The notes under the pieces: model-generated | The model's input: the letters and a program-made list of their open reading frames with translations, nothing else | What the model was told of the DNA's origin: nothing | The model's database searches: none | Made by a program: the position numbers and the translations under genes | From: Peribolospora baueri | Taxonomy: Eukaryota | NCBI GenBank assembly: GCA_029717555.1 | Contig: JAMDHS010000097.1 | Span: forward strand, 1-64,000 | DNA length: 64,000 nucleotides | Direction of reading: 5' to 3' | Part shown: piece after piece, positions 10,178 through 24,031 of the stretch | How positions within the stretch are numbered: position 1 is the first letter of the stretch | Layout: the number at the start of each line of letters is the position of its first letter

Positions 10178-13100
10178 ATGAACTTTGCTGACAGGTCTCT
10201 CAGGGCCGTGCCCGGAGAGCCGGCGGAAACGAACACCAGTGAGCTGTGCTCGAAGGCTGCGTTCTCCGGCGGGGCAGGCTAGGATCTCACGTTTGAATGT
10301 GCGCCTATCCGGCCTTTCCACCTTGGTTCTGTATCGCAAAAGTTCTCTTTGAATGGGTGAGCTCTTTCTGCTGTATTGCGCTCGCTGAAAGCATGTCTTG
10401 AAAAGCGCAGGGCATTTTCTCTCGCTCTATTCTCAGCCTCTGAAGAACCTCCGGCACCTCTTCGACTCGTCCAAGGCCGATGTCAAGAGCAAGGTAGTCA
10501 AGAGCATCGTGTTTGGAGGTGGCAGGTGGACTGTGCTTTTCTATGCTCAGAGTGGACATGACCAGGTGGGCAAGGAGGGTTTGCGTCCAAGAGAACGACG
10601 CAGGGTCTGATCGGCCTGTCATACGTGCTCGTTCACTCCTCCCTTTTGACCAGTATTGCTCGCTCTACCTCAATGCGGAGCCTACTTTGGAGGAGCGCAG
10701 CGCCGCGTTGATGCTGTCTCCCAATTCAAACGCTTCGGCCTCGCTTCCGTCGTTGTCCAATGTCACTGGAGGCTCTGGCGGCGGCGGCGGATTCACAAAG
10801 TCCGGCAACGAGCGTGAAAGGACGGTCCTCCAGGATCCCGTCAAATGGCAGCGCGAGGGACACTTCAAGTTTGTTTTTACCATACAGACGATCGATAAAG
10901 GGACTGTCCTTGGAAGCAAGGAGGCCCATGATCACGCCTTCAGCTGGAAGACGAGCAACTGGGGATGGGCCGCTTTCGCAAAGGTGAGCGGTCCAGTTCC
11001 GCATGCCCAGAAGGAGTGATAATATATGCCTCTTCGAGTGCGCTGGAGCGAGCCCCACCTTTCCGTTATGTCGAAGCTATGACACGAGTCCGCTCACGCT
11101 TTTTCGATTTTTTGTCTCTGGATCAGAGGGACGTCTGCTTTTACAATAACAGCAACGTGCGCGCCGCTGACGCATTCTTGATATCCGTATCCATCACTGC
11201 ATCCCCCAAGAGGCCCTCCGTACCACGTATGCCCATCCAGTCCGTCCCGAAAGGGCTACTTGACTCGGTGGGCGCGCTATTGGACGATCCGGAATATAGC
11301 GATGTCGTTTTCAGCATCGTTCCTCGGAGGGGGACGGGCAGGAGGAGGAGAGCGAGGAAAATTTACGCGATTGAGAAGATTTTGAGCGCGAGAGCGGAGT
11401 ACTTTGCAGACCGTGAGTAGCGTGCCCAAGTTGCACTGGAGCATACATGCTATATTGCTAACTCGATGCGCGCTCTGCAAGTGTTCCGTTGGGGTGCCGA
11501 GTCCACCTCGCAGGACGACACTTGCTCGACGCCGCCTTCGCCGTTGCTCTCTTCAGCCGCCTCCGTCGATCACTCTCCTCCACAGCAGGGCGGCCTACCT
11601 TTGATGCTCGCATACGATGGCGACGAGGGCGAAGACGGAGACGATATAGTCGGGTTCGAGTCCGACGAGGAGTTTGAAGAGGTTGTACATCCCATACTCT
11701 CACTCGAAAGAGGGGAGGATGGGAGCGCGTCCGCGGTGGTGAGCAACGTGGGCAGTAGGCGCGTCGGCAACGCCCAAGAAGCGGCGAGCGAGGGAAGCTA
11801 CGAGGACAGCAACAGCATGATCGACGTGGCGATCAGCGACGGATACGCTGGCGTCTCGTTCCCGAGGCCCGAAGACGCTTCCGAAAAGGGGTCGTCTGCT
11901 AGGAGTACGGGGGAGGGCACAGGTGGCGGAGCTAATGAGGACGGCGAGGGGCATGAGTCCGTTTTCGCCGCACGACCCGGAGGAGCCCCGTCGAGCGCGG
12001 CGTCGTCGTCGGCTTTGAGAGACTCGATGGACGTCAGCGGCACCGAGGCCGAGTCGACGGTCAAGTCAGCGATTCATGAGAGTAGGCGGAGGAGGGTGCC
12101 TTCGAGCAGGGATGCAGGTGAAGGGGAAGGGAGGAAGAGGCGCAAGGTGGTGAGTGTGGGAGGGTGGCCAGGATGGTCGATCTCCTGCTGACGGTATTCG
12201 TCGATGGCCTATCAGGTCGTGCAAGACGCCGCGTACAACACGTTCAAGTCGCTGCTGTACTACCTATACACGGACGAGTGGGTGGAAGGGATATGTGATT
12301 GTCAGCGTGCTTGCGATGGACTGACTTGTCCTTCGCTTCGTTCGACGCCAGCATCGTCTTCGCGCCCTTGACGTCCTCCTTTCTCGACCTCTCCACCGCG
12401 CCTTCGACACCGGACGACCTTGGTCTGCGTACCACGCGCTCGCACAGGAAGTACGCCTCCGCGTCGTCATCGCTCGCCGAACCGGCGACGGGAAGGGCGG
12501 AGAGCGTGGCATGTTACATGCCGTCGTCGTCGATGGACGCCAGCGTCGGAACCGGAACATGTTTGTTCTCCGGCGTCGCTAATAAGTCTGGGTCGAGCAT
12601 GGCGGCGGCGAGGGGTCAGAAGAGCGCGTACGCGAGAGCTGTGTTCGATGCGAGGCTCAAGAGGCAAGCCGTCGTGCAGGCTTACGCAAACTCTCATCCG
12701 GGCCAGCCCGTGCCGTGCTCTGCGAAGGCTATCGTGAGTGCGCTGGACGACTGTCTGGGGAGGAACGGATGGCGATGGCGTGTACGAATGGAGAGTGCTC
12801 ACCGTCCTCTCCAATTGGCTGGCAGTACCGCCTGGCCGACAAGGTGAACCTGCCCGAGCTGAAGCAGCGGGCATTCGAGCACATCTCGAATTGCCTGACG
12901 GTACAGAACATTGTGTTCGAGGTGTTTAGCGGATTCAATCTGGCTTATGAGGAGATCAGAAAGGTGAATCTTTTGTTTGTTCGTTCGGCGGGGTGGTGCG
13001 ACGCGGACTGATCGCGTGCCGACGACGTCTTTTCAGATGGAGATCGACTTTCTGCTGCGCAATTGGCCTCAGGTGAAAAGGGGATCGGCGATGAAGACCA

Positions 13101-13307
13101 TCTTCCAGCACGTCGGCGCACATCCGGGGCTCGGCGAAGGTGAGCGAGCGGCGTTTCGTTCGCGCTGTTTTCTTGCCGTATAGGGCGCGTATTCATCTTG
13201 TATTTCCTTTCTCCCTCCCTCGCCTAGTGTGGCCGCTCATCATTGACCAGCTGGAATTCAAGCCGAGGACGGATTCGGAGGAAGAGGAGGAGGAGGAGGA
13301 CATGTGA
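10178..13307 (+). CDS. MATH/TRAF + BTB/POZ domain protein (Cul3 adaptor-like)
   Basis: Spliced segments: FEW|PLKNLRHLF, FGGGRWTVLFY, CSLYL, HAFSWKTSNWGWAAFAK (MATH); LLDDPEYSDVVF, KIYAIEKILSARAEYF, DAAYNTFKSLLYYLYTD, SAKAI|YRLADKVNLPELKQRAF (BTB). Stop TGA at 13305-13307. Confidence 0.85.
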
Positions 13308-15174
13308 AGAGAAGGTGGCCCGTTGGCCGTCGTCGATCCCTCCTTCCTTCCTATCCTCCTCCATCGGGCCAGGGCAGATGGGCGCGTCCGCGTCGGTGTA
13401 CGATCAAAGGTCGTGCTGACCAGGCAGACAGGCGGTGTCGTGTGTCTCGACGATGTACTGCTACCCTCTTTCTTAACCTGGCGATCATACCAGCCTGCCG
13501 ATTGCGTGGCTGGCATACGAGTGAGTGCTTGGAGAACGCCAGCGGGTGGGCGGTCATCGGACACACGTAAGGTGTCGGACACGTGGCCGTGTGTCTGTCG
13601 ATCTACCACGTCGCCATTCATCGCGCAACGAATATCCAAGGCTGAGAAAGAAGAAGAAAGTACTTCCTTTCTTCCTTGACTCGAGGCGGCGGGGCTACCA
13701 GTAGTGAGCGAGCAGGGAGCGTTGCGCTATTTCGTTGCGTTTCTCGTCGTCGCTTAGCGGCGCTTATGCGTGGGTGGGTGGGATGATAGGATGGGACGAT
13801 GCCGTCCTTAAACTTTTGGCTGGGCTGGCTTGGTTAGGTCCGCCCCGGTCGCGTAGGTTTGCGTCCGGCCGGCCGACGCTCGCCGGCCGGTCGAGGGGTG
13901 GAAATTGTGTGTGGCTTGGGAGAGAGTGGGGGGATGGAAGCTTGCTTGCTTCTTGCTTGCTTGATTGATTGAGTGCTTGTGCGAACGCGACGTCCCTCCC
14001 TCCCACCGCCCATACGTGGTGTCGTGTCGTGTCGTATCGCAAAGAGCGCTGCCGTCTTCCCTCCATTTCTTTCTCCTCTTCGCCGTCGGTGGTCATCGGC
14101 GCTATCGAAGGACGGCGTGCTTATGTCAGCCAACCTTAACCAAAGTGACGTGGCTGCGCTTATGTCAGGACAGGTCAGGTGATCGCTGACGGGGACGCGC
14201 GGCGTGATGGAGGCCATCGTATGCGGCGGTCTTGTTTGTCTATCTGTGATTCGCCCCAGCCAGCAGTCGTCGTTCCTTTTTCCATCGCAGCGACAGCCAG
14301 CCAGCGCGTTCGTTTCTGGAAAGAGAAAGCGAGTCGAGTCGAGTCGAGTCGAGTCGAACGCCGCGACTACGGCCACTGCTTACCGTCGCTACTTACTGTA
14401 CTTAGTTACTTAACTCACTTACATACATACCCGCCGCCGCCCTCCGCGCCGCCGCCATAATCCATAATCGAGGCGACCCGACCCGGGCCAGTCCAATCCA
14501 ATCCCACCGCCGGGCCCGCTCGCTTACGCCGTCCGCCCAAGCCGCCGCCCAAGCCGCCTCCCTGCTCGCCTTCTCTCTCTCTCTCTCTCCTCGTCTCTGC
14601 GTCGCCCGACTCCATCCTTCCTTCCCTTCTTCCTCCACCCCCGCTCCCTTCGCCCTCTCACCACCGCTTCACAAAAGCAACCGAGGTGAGTGAGTGAGCG
14701 AGTGAGTGCGTGCGAACAAGCAAAGGTCTATGCTCCATGCGCAAGCAACCCCGTTAGGCACACCGCTCCGCTCCGATGGACGTCCACTACCCCGGACGTC
14801 CGCCCTTCTTGCGATGCCACGGCGGTACAGACAACAGGCAACAGACAACAGACAACAGACAGGCAGACTGACAGACTTGCGTGCTTACATCCCACCTCAT
14901 TCCTTCACGCTCCCCTCGTCCCTCCCAACAGCGCGTACATTCTCCTCTTCCTCTTCTCCCTCGACCGCCTGCTCGCCCATACCCCCCCTTCCTCTTCTCC
15001 TACGACCACGCCAACACCGTCCCACCATCTCCTTCCTCCACATTCGCGCCCCACTTCTCCGCCGTCGAGCCTACGTAGCCCTCCTACAAGTCGACAGCGA
15101 CAGGCGGTTCGCTTCCTGCCCCGCCTTCGTCTTCTCTCTCCTCCCACCTTCTCCTCGACGCCGCCGCTGTCAAG

Positions 15175-16961
15175 ATGAGCGCTGACGAGGGATCGGTCAA
15201 CGTCCTCGTTCTCGGTAAGTCCTTCTCGTCCCCCGTTTGAGTTCTGGCGGCGCTCCTGCTCATCGACACTCGCCCCCTTTTCTTTTCTCCCAGGTGGCAT
15301 GACCCACATCGCCCGACCGCTCCTCACCTACCTCATCCCCCCTCCCACCGCCACTTCCTCCGCCCCCGCCCTCGCACCAGGCCCCAAAGTGGCCCACGTG
15401 CGCATCGTCGACAAGTTCCTCGTCGCCAACGAGGGCAGCACCACCTACATCGACCCGCCCACCCAGGCCGCCCTCAAGGACGCCCGCGTCGAGTACCGCC
15501 AAGCCAACCTCGCCGTCCAAGAGACCATACAGAGCGCCTTTGACCTCCCCGACGGCGTACCTTCCAACACCGACGGTGGCAGCTATGACTTTGTCTTTGA
15601 TTTCACCGGCGAGGGCGTCGTCGGCAGCGACCATCCCGAGCAGCTCCTCAAAGACCGCACGGCACAAGTAGCTTCGAGCCTGGCTCGAGAGGCGGGACGA
15701 CGAAAAGTACGCGCCTACGTGCGTTCCATCCCGCCCGTCTTTGACTCAGATAGTAAAGAGACGGGTGTCAAGGAGGAGGACTTGGGTAAAAAGGGTCCCA
15801 AAGCGAGGAACGCCAAGACGTATTGGTGGTATGAGAGTATGAGGGGGGTTGCCAACGTTCCTGGGTGAGTCTCCGGGGCTGTGTTCCTTCCTCGTGGAGG
15901 ACGCTCGACGGTGGTAGAGATGGGCTGTGCGGCCAGCGGCAAGGTGGTTAGGCGTGGATGAAGAGTGGGGAATAGAAAGGCAGCTGTGTTGACTCCCCCC
16001 CCTCTCCCCCCTCTCCCCCCAGGCTCAACCTCGTCATCGCCCGCTGTGCAGAGTTGTGGGGCCCGCACATCTACACCGGCAGCGTGTGTCCTCGGATCGC
16101 TTGCGGCGCCATCTACCGGTACATGAACGAGGAGATGAAGCTTCTCTGGGGCGACGACCTCCGCACGCACACCGTGCATGCCTCCGACGCCGCCGCTGCC
16201 CACTGGGCTCTCGCTCGATGGATCGCCCGATTGGGCCGCGCCCAGGCCGACGACGTCGCCGGCGAGCCTCTCCCTCCGATCAAGCTCAAAGACAAGCTGC
16301 AGGCCAAGGAGCGCGAGGTCGACTTTGACGGTCTCTGTCCTCGCAACGTCGTTCCACGGGCGCCCGTCTTCAACGTCGTGGACGACGAGGACTCGACGCA
16401 GGGCACGCTCGCCGAGGCCATCGGCCAGACGTTCAAGATCCGCACCGGCTTTCACGGTCCCGTCATCAACCAGTTTGCCAAGGTGCGTCGCCCGCCCGGG
16501 GGGCGGTGGGACAAGCCGGGACAGGGAAGCAGGCTGACCGGCGGCCTCTCTTTCCTTTCTTCCGCTCCGACAGCTCAACCTAGAAAGCGTGGTGGATGAT
16601 GTGAACGAAAAGGTAAGCGCTGGTGCGATAAGGGCCCATCAACGAACGTGCGCGTCGGAGCGTCGACCTCGTCGATCTTACACATCCGTTCGTCTTACCC
16701 CCGCAGCACATCGAGGCCGGCGCCAAGCTGTTCAACTCGGCTCCCGTGCCGATCACCTACTCCCCGATCACCTTCTATCTCGACGAGGACCAGCTGGGCC
16801 CGCGATCAGTGGCGCTAGATGGCCACAAGATCCAGCAGATTGTCGGCTGGAAGCCGACGACAAAGGTCGATGTCGCCGGTTTCAAGGACGTCGTGAGGAG
16901 CTTTATGGACGCTGGCGTCTGGCCCAAGTACGAGAGCGATGAGGAGTGGTTGGAAGCATGA
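15175..16961 (+). CDS. NAD(P)-binding Rossmann-fold epimerase/dehydratase-like protein (atypical extended SDR)
   Basis: MSADEGSVNVLVL|GGMTHIARPLL, HVRIVDK, VEYRQANL, LNLVIAR, HTVHASDAAAA, PVFNVVD, ALDGHKIQQIVGWKP. Five exons with GT-AG introns. Confidence 0.75.
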
Positions 16962-17966
16962 GCTCGTCAGCCCATCTTTCTCCTCTCACCGGCCGCCCCG
17001 TCCTGACTTCTGGGGTCCGCGCCGCGCCCATCGAACGACCGAGCACCTTCGACATCCTCCTCGCACTCGCGACACGTCCCGAGAGGGCGTCGCCGATTCC
17101 ACAGTTCACTGCATACCTTCCAGATCTCCCCATCGCCTCTACCCCTTCCCAAATCACTACCGCTCATACCGCCAACCCCCGCTTTGCATCGCCTTCGTTT
17201 CGTTTTCTTTCTCCGCCGCCGCTGCGGCTGCCTTCTTTGAGCCTGTTCGGACCGCCAGCGCCTTTTTCTTTTCTAGGTCTTTCATTCATTTTAGCTAGTT
17301 CTTTTCCACCTTATCGTACTTCCATGGCCTTGCTCGTTCCTCCCACTCCTAATCTTTTTACTTCGGCCCCCCCCCCCCCAAGTCTCGCATACGTCACCAT
17401 ACGCCCCGCTCCACCCGACTCTGTCATGTTCCCCTTCGTCTCCGTCCCCTCCTCTTGATCCATCTTTCGCCACACACCTCTTTTACCTCTTTCACTTCGA
17501 CCACGCTACGCTACGCTAATGACGTCTCTACGACCCAGACCGACATCTCGGCACCTGTTTCCTTTCTCTTTCTTTCTTTCTTTGCTCCTCACTGCGTCGT
17601 CATCGCCGTCGTCGTCGTCGTCTTTTTGTTTTAGGCGCTCTCGGGAAGAGGAAGAAAGAGGGGGAGGGAGTTACGAATCGGAAATGAAGAAATTATGTTG
17701 AATCCCCGTTTTCATTCGCCCTCGCCCGCCCGCTCGCTCGAGTCCGCCGCCTCGCGTTTGCCTCGGCGGACGCGCGTCACGTGGACGTGGGAGAGAATGA
17801 GCATGACGTCGCCTGGGTGATCGAAGCGACGACTCGACCACCACCTCGTCCGCTCCACGGCCACCGACTTGAATGGCCGCCGACTCTTCTCCCCCTCCGT
17901 GACACTCGCCTATCCGACCCTTCAGACTCTCGGGCCCATTCTCGGATTCACCCACAGGAGGCAGCG

Positions 17967-19669
17967 ATGACCTCCGAGAAGAAGAGGGACGACGACGGCG
18001 ACGGGCCGGGCGCCCGGACGCCCTCGCCAGCGCTGCCTGGATCGTTCGTCCATACTGACGACGCCGGCGAGCGCAACGTCTATACCGACGCCGCTGCCAC
18101 CGCCACCACCGCGTTCGCCGTTCTCGTCCTCTCCGCACGAAGACGCCGGAGGGTGCTTCAGCGGATCGCCTTGCTCTCCGTCCTCGCCCTTGTCGTCGTT
18201 GGCACTTTTGTCTCCCTTCTTTTTGCTCTTTCCCCCGATTACGACGACAAGCAGCCCTCTCCCTCCTCCTCTTCCTCCTCTTTCTCCTCTTCCTCCTCTT
18301 CCTCCTCTTCATCATCCTCCTCCTTCTCCCTCGTCGCCTCCGATCCATCGCTCCTCACCTCGCCCACCACCTCATCAGCCGACCGCGTATCAGAGTTAGA
18401 AGACAGCAGACCATCGTTCGCAAGAAAGGGCACGCTAATAAACCAAGTGTTTGTAAAAAATGCCTGGTTATGGACCACGTTGTTGTACTTTTTGGACGCT
18501 TGGGTTCTCAGGAACGGTGGCGGAGACGTGGTTGGCGTTCTCCTTGGCTTTGCACTTGGTACGATGCGGGCGTTGACGGTTGGAGGTGGTGGAGAGAGTG
18601 GGAAGGGTAAAGGGAAGGAGAAGGAGGAGGAGGAGGAGAAAGAGAAGGAGAAGGAGAAGGACGTGGCCGTGACTGGGGATGTGGTCAAGGGCGCTCCGTC
18701 GACGGTCCGGACCGACTTTGCGACGAGCGTTTTGAGGTGGTTCGTCGCCACGTTCGAGTGGGGTGAGTCTTGCTCGGCCTCGTTAGATGGCTGCGTTCTC
18801 CCCTCTTCGTCTCTGTCTACATCGCGCGTTCTCACTGATCATCGCTCTCTTCTCCCTTGCCCTCCATCTGCCGCCCTCCAGCCTTCTTCGCCGCCTGGTT
18901 CTTTGGCCCACCTCTGATGGAGCGAGTGCTCACCGCCACAGGCGGGCTTTGCATCCCGTTATTGCCGTCCACGTCCAAGTCGTCTTCGCTCTTGCTTTCC
19001 TCCTACGCTGGCGCAGGAGCCTCTGTCGCTGCCCCGCCATCCAGCTTCTTCGATCCCTCCCTCACCCTCCCCCTCGACCCTTCCTACTGCCGCCGCCGCA
19101 TCCCGCTCAAGCCTGACGACCACCCGCACCTCTTCCAACACCTCCGCGCCGCCTTTGCCTCTCTTCCTTCTTCCGCCGTCGCCGGCTCCAGCGCCGCCTC
19201 TAGAGACGCGGCGGAGAGGGCGATGCAGGAGATCCGGGCGCGGTGGAGGGGCGGACACGACATGAGCGGCCACGTGTTCATCCTCACCCTCAGCAGCCTC
19301 TTGCTGCTCGAAGAGGTGGCGCCGTTTGTGCCGCTCCTCTTGCCTGTGTCGAACGAGTGGAGGAGGCTCTTGTTCCCTCATAGCCTCGGCGAGGGGGAGA
19401 AGGAGACGGCTAAGGAGAACGCTTCTTCTTCCTCGTCCACCGACGCCGACTCCTCCCCCTCCTCCTCTTCCTCCACCTCCCGTCCAGCTCCCGCCTCCTC
19501 TACATCCCTCACCCCGCTTCAGCGCTTCATCGTGCTCGCCAACTTGGCTTTCGTCCTGCTCGAGTGGTGGATGCTCCTCGTCACATCGCTCTACTATCAC
19601 ACGCCGTGGGAGAAGGCGTCCGGGCTCGTCGCTGGCTTGGTCGCTTGGTGGGCTTTGCCCAAGGACTGA
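17967..19669 (+). CDS. SCS3: FIT family (Scs3p) acyl-CoA diphosphatase / fat storage-inducing transmembrane protein
   Basis: FARKGTLINQVFVKNAWLWTT, WFFGPPLMERV, WRGGHDMSGHVFIL, TSLYYHTPWEKASG. One intron at about 18763-18881. Confidence 0.88.
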
Positions 19670-20329
19670 ACCTTGAACTTGAGCTTGGGCGGGGCCCTCC
19701 TTTGTATGTCGCTGGCGCGAGCAAGCGTCCCTCCCCGTTCATTCAGTCGTGTACCATCGCCCTCCTCGTCGTTCCCGGCGACGCCTCCTACCGAGTATAA
19801 CCAACGCGGCCTCGAACGCTTCGGTCGTGCCCCCACCCCCCCCCCATCAGAAACGCGAGCTAATGAGTGCGACAGCTGACAGAGGCGCCTTAGCGTCGGC
19901 TTCGCGCCTTAGCATCGGTTTCTCTGAAACAAAGACTGTCGGATCAGGACCAGAGCGACGACCGCCCGTTGTCGATACGATACCAGCAAAGGCCTCCACT
20001 GCAGGACGAGGTGAAATCGCTCGCAGCGTAGGGAGTTGAGCGAGAAAGTGTGGGGAGTTGGACGGTTTGGTGCCCCGTCTTCAGTGTCTTTTACCGACGT
20101 GCCTCCGAGACCGAGACCGAGACCGAGACACTTGTCGTCTTTCCGCCGGTGCCGTGTAACTAGAAGATGATATGTATACCGACTCACGCGCAGACGCAGG
20201 TCGAAGCCGAGGCCGGCCACGTGGGCGACCATCGTGTCGATCGGTGCACGCGATCGGCGGTGACCGTATTTTTGTCCCCGTCCCTGGACCTCTTCTCTTC
20301 GATCTCACCCACCGACCAACCAGCTCGCC

Positions 20330-23300
20330 ATGCTCCTCTCTCCCGGGCGGCGCCTGGTCGCTCCCGCCCGAGCCGTTCTTCGGCCGTGTGCGCCGCTTGT
20401 CCTCGCCCACGCCCCTTCTCTGCGCGCCCTTTCCCCGCTTCTCAGATCCAACCGCCTCGCGGCCATCTCGCCTCGGATACGATGCGTCGCGACCAACGCC
20501 GACGTCGCCCCGGAGGCGTCCGGCGTGGACATGAAAGCGGATCCGACGCGCCAGGGCTACTTCTTCCTCGATTCCGTCTTCCCTATCCCGTTTGGATGGT
20601 GGGACCCTCGACCCTATCTCGCCAGGATGGAGAAGAACGAGGTGCTGGAGCGGATCAGGAACAGCGTGCCCAAGGACGTCAAGCATGGGTTCACCGTAGA
20701 CGAGGTCGAAGCGAGGTGAGCAGAGATCGTGCTGGCTAGACTTTTTTTTGTTTGTTCGGCCCGGAACCGGTTTCCTTTTCTTTCTCCCTTCCCATTCGGT
20801 TTCCCCCCCCCCTTCAGAATGAAAGACGGGGGTGCGTTCATTCATTTCCGCTACCACCCCGATCCGGGAGCGACGCCCTCAGATGCCCTGCGCGACATCG
20901 AGAGCTCGGTAAAACGGGCGATCGGCAACTCGAGTCTGTCCACATTCAGTAGCATGTACCTCAACAAGCCTCACTTGCATCTCGTTCGCGGTCGGCCGTG
21001 GAAGGAGGTGAGCCGTCTGTTCGCTCGTGGATGTACGTCCGCTCCGCTCACGTCTATCCGCCTTCGACAGGACATGAACCGCTACCCATCCTGGCGGCTC
21101 CGTCTGACCTTCTCCCCGAGCTCCAAAATCCCTGCGGAAGAAGTGCTCTACACGAACTTCCGTCCCTTTGGCCGCATCAGGGACATTGAAGTCCCCAAAG
21201 GAGAGGACAGCGCGTTGGTGTCGTATTCACGCTTGCGGGGTGCCACGGCTGCGAGAAACTGCATGCACGGCGTTCGGTTGACCGACGATGGCGAGATCCT
21301 GGCGGAAAAGGCCGCAGAGGGAACAAGGCTTATGGCGAACTATGAGAGTGAGTGTGAGCGCAGTCCATCTGTTGTGACTTTTTGCGCCTTCTCATCTCCG
21401 CCCCGTATGACAGAGCCCGTAAAGGTACGAAACATCGGCAGCTGGCTATCCGCACATACGCGATGGGTGCTTCCCGGTGAGCGGTCATCTTACTTGAGTC
21501 GCTCCCTGCTCCACCTTCGTTCGTTCGCCTTTGGCAAATTCTTGCTCATCTCGGCTTTCTCTTCCTCATCCAGCTCTTGCTTTCGTCATTGGCGGCATCA
21601 CATACTTTGTCTTTGATCCTATCCGGGCATTTTTCGTCGAGTCCAAAGTAACTGGTGCTTTCAACGTCGAGCGTGAGTCGCCCCTTCCGCGCGGTTCTTC
21701 CCTCAAGGCTGTTGACTTACAGATGAATTCTCTGTCCTCATACAGGATACCGCCTCTGGACGTGGTTGAGGCGCAACACTGTTTCTCTCTTTTTCGCTAG
21801 CAAGGAGGAAGCAACCCGCAATGGCTGGATGCAAGGTAAAGACGAAGAGAACCTCATGACGTGGCTCAATGAGCAGCCAGTCACCTTCATCACGGTAACT
21901 GGCCCCCGGGGCTCTGGCAAAAGCCAGCTCGTAGAGCGAGTGGTGGCGCGTAGCCCGAAAACGCTTGTCATCGACTGTGACGCCATTGCCCGGATGGCCA
22001 AGAACGACTCCTCGCTCGTCGCGGCCGTGGCGCAGCAGACCGGCTACTGGCCCATTTTCAGCTGGGTGTCCTCGCTGAACAACCTCCTAGACATTGCCGC
22101 CGTCGGCATCATCGGCTCCAAGGCCGGCTTTTCGACCTCGGTCGACGAGCAACTTAAGCAGGTGCTCGGCGTGACCACCGCTGCTTTCGTCAACATCAAC
22201 GAAAAGACAAAGTGGCAAAAGGAGAAGGCCGCTAAAGCTGCCCGGAAGCACCACAAGGACAACACGAGTCAGGCCCATTCCGTCGCTTCCAAAGCCTCCT
22301 CAGCTACCGCTGCTCCGGGCGCTGCGTCCATCTCCGCGGAGCAGACCAACGGTCGACTCGACTACGTCGCCGGCACGGGTCTGATCAGCGAACTGGGCAA
22401 GGGCGTCGAGAGCAAAATGAGCATGGGTGGCCCCTCCTCCCGCGCTTCGGCGGCGGCGGTCGCTGCCACGGCCGGCGCGTCTCTTGAGGATGGGGATAAG
22501 GAGGCGACGTCAGAGGATGGAGATGTCAACGCGGCCGTCGCCGAGGAAAGGGTGGACGTGCCTATTGTGATCATCAAGAGGTAAGGGTCGCGAGCAGGGT
22601 CGTCATGACGTCCGTCGCTCACTGCTCGCTGCCCGTCTCTTAGTTTCCACCACAAGGGCGTAAAGAAGGACGAGCTCTGGTCCACCATGTCCGAATGGGC
22701 CGCCGAGCTCGTGGACAACCAGGTGAGCCCACGTCTCATGCCAGAGAAAAAGATGCAGACGCACACGCTCTCTTTCCGCACTTCCCGTCCTCTAATCTGT
22801 CGACCTTTTCGCTTTTCTCGTTCCCCTCTGACGCCGTGCAGATCGCTCATGTAATCTTCGTGAGCGACAATCCGGTGGACACGTCCAAAGCGCTCGCAAA
22901 AGCGCTTCCCAATAAGCCGTGGGAGACGATCGCGCTGGCGGACGCATCTGCCGACAGCGCCTCGTCGTTCATCGCCTCGCGTCTGCAGGAGATGGGCAAG
23001 CTCGATGAAAAAGACGCCGAGCCTGTCGATGAGAGCGATGATGGAAGTCGTCGTTGGAGGTTGTCGCCAGCATTGCAGGAGTGGGTGGATAAGCTTGGTG
23101 GGAGGAAGGTGGATATGGAGACGGTGAGTCGGTTCTCTTTCCTCCTTATCGCCTCCCTTTTAGATCAACTTGAACAGTTCGCTCTTCCACTCCTCCCCTC
23201 TTCCCGTTTCCCTTCGCAGCTCCTTCAAAAGGTCAGCACGGGCCAGACGATCCCGACGGCGGTGGAGGACATCATATCACGAACAGTCGTAGAGCTACGC

Positions 23301-24031
23301 AAGAACGCTTTCGGCGACGATGCCGACGACGCCAAATCGCTTCCATGGGCGAGGGAGCAGGCTTGGCTCGTCGTCAAGTCGCTCGCTGCCCGGGACGAGG
23401 TTAGTTTGGGGTCCGACGGATTGCGTCCCAGATTGTCCGTTCCGATCGCAGGGGGGTCCTGACGCGAGCCTTCGCTTGCTTCTCAATCTCCAGGTCAACT
23501 ACTACGGTTTCTTGATGGACCAGCTCAAAGGCGACGAGAGCGTGCTCAAGGCGCTTGAGCAAGCAGAGATCATCTCCGTCAAGCACATCAACGGCCGCCC
23601 GGCCACGTTCGCCGCCGGAAGGCCCGTTTACCGGTCCGCTTTCCGTCGTTTGGTGAAGGTGAGGGAATTTCTCTTCCGGCATTCGAACGCATGGGACGGC
23701 TCGGCGGACAAGACCATTACTGGTCACTCGACTAACCCAAGCTGCCATCGCGCGTCCTCTTCATCCACAGGACACCGCCTTCAACCGCACGCAGACGTTC
23801 TTCCTTAACGCGGCCGCAATCGCGTCTATGGAGAAGACGATGGAAGCGTGCGAGCGAGAACTTCACACCCTCTCCAACATCAACGGCGGCCTCAGCACCT
23901 ACTTCTCCTCTGGCGTTCCCCATGGCCGCGTCCGATACCTCTTGGCCAAGCTCAAGGACGCGCAGGCAAAGCTGGAGGCCGCGGAAAAGGAGAATCTGAT
24001 GATCAAGGCGTCTCTCGCGGAGGTTGTCTAA
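20330..24031 (+). CDS. YME2: Mitochondrial escape protein 2 (Yme2/RNA12; RRM + P-loop)
   Basis: Arg-rich presequence, FLDSVFP, KDGGAFIHF, VRGRPWKE|DMNRYPS, FRPFGRIRDI, ATAARNCMHG, FDPIRAFFV, GPRGSGKS, GYWPIFSW, NGRP...AGRPVYRSAF. Multi-exon. Confidence 0.92.

Noticed and set aside
13308..15174. ORFs and short repeats such as (GAGTC)n as a gene or CRISPR-like array
   Set aside because: Simple microsatellites in intergenic DNA; no spacer-repeat structure.
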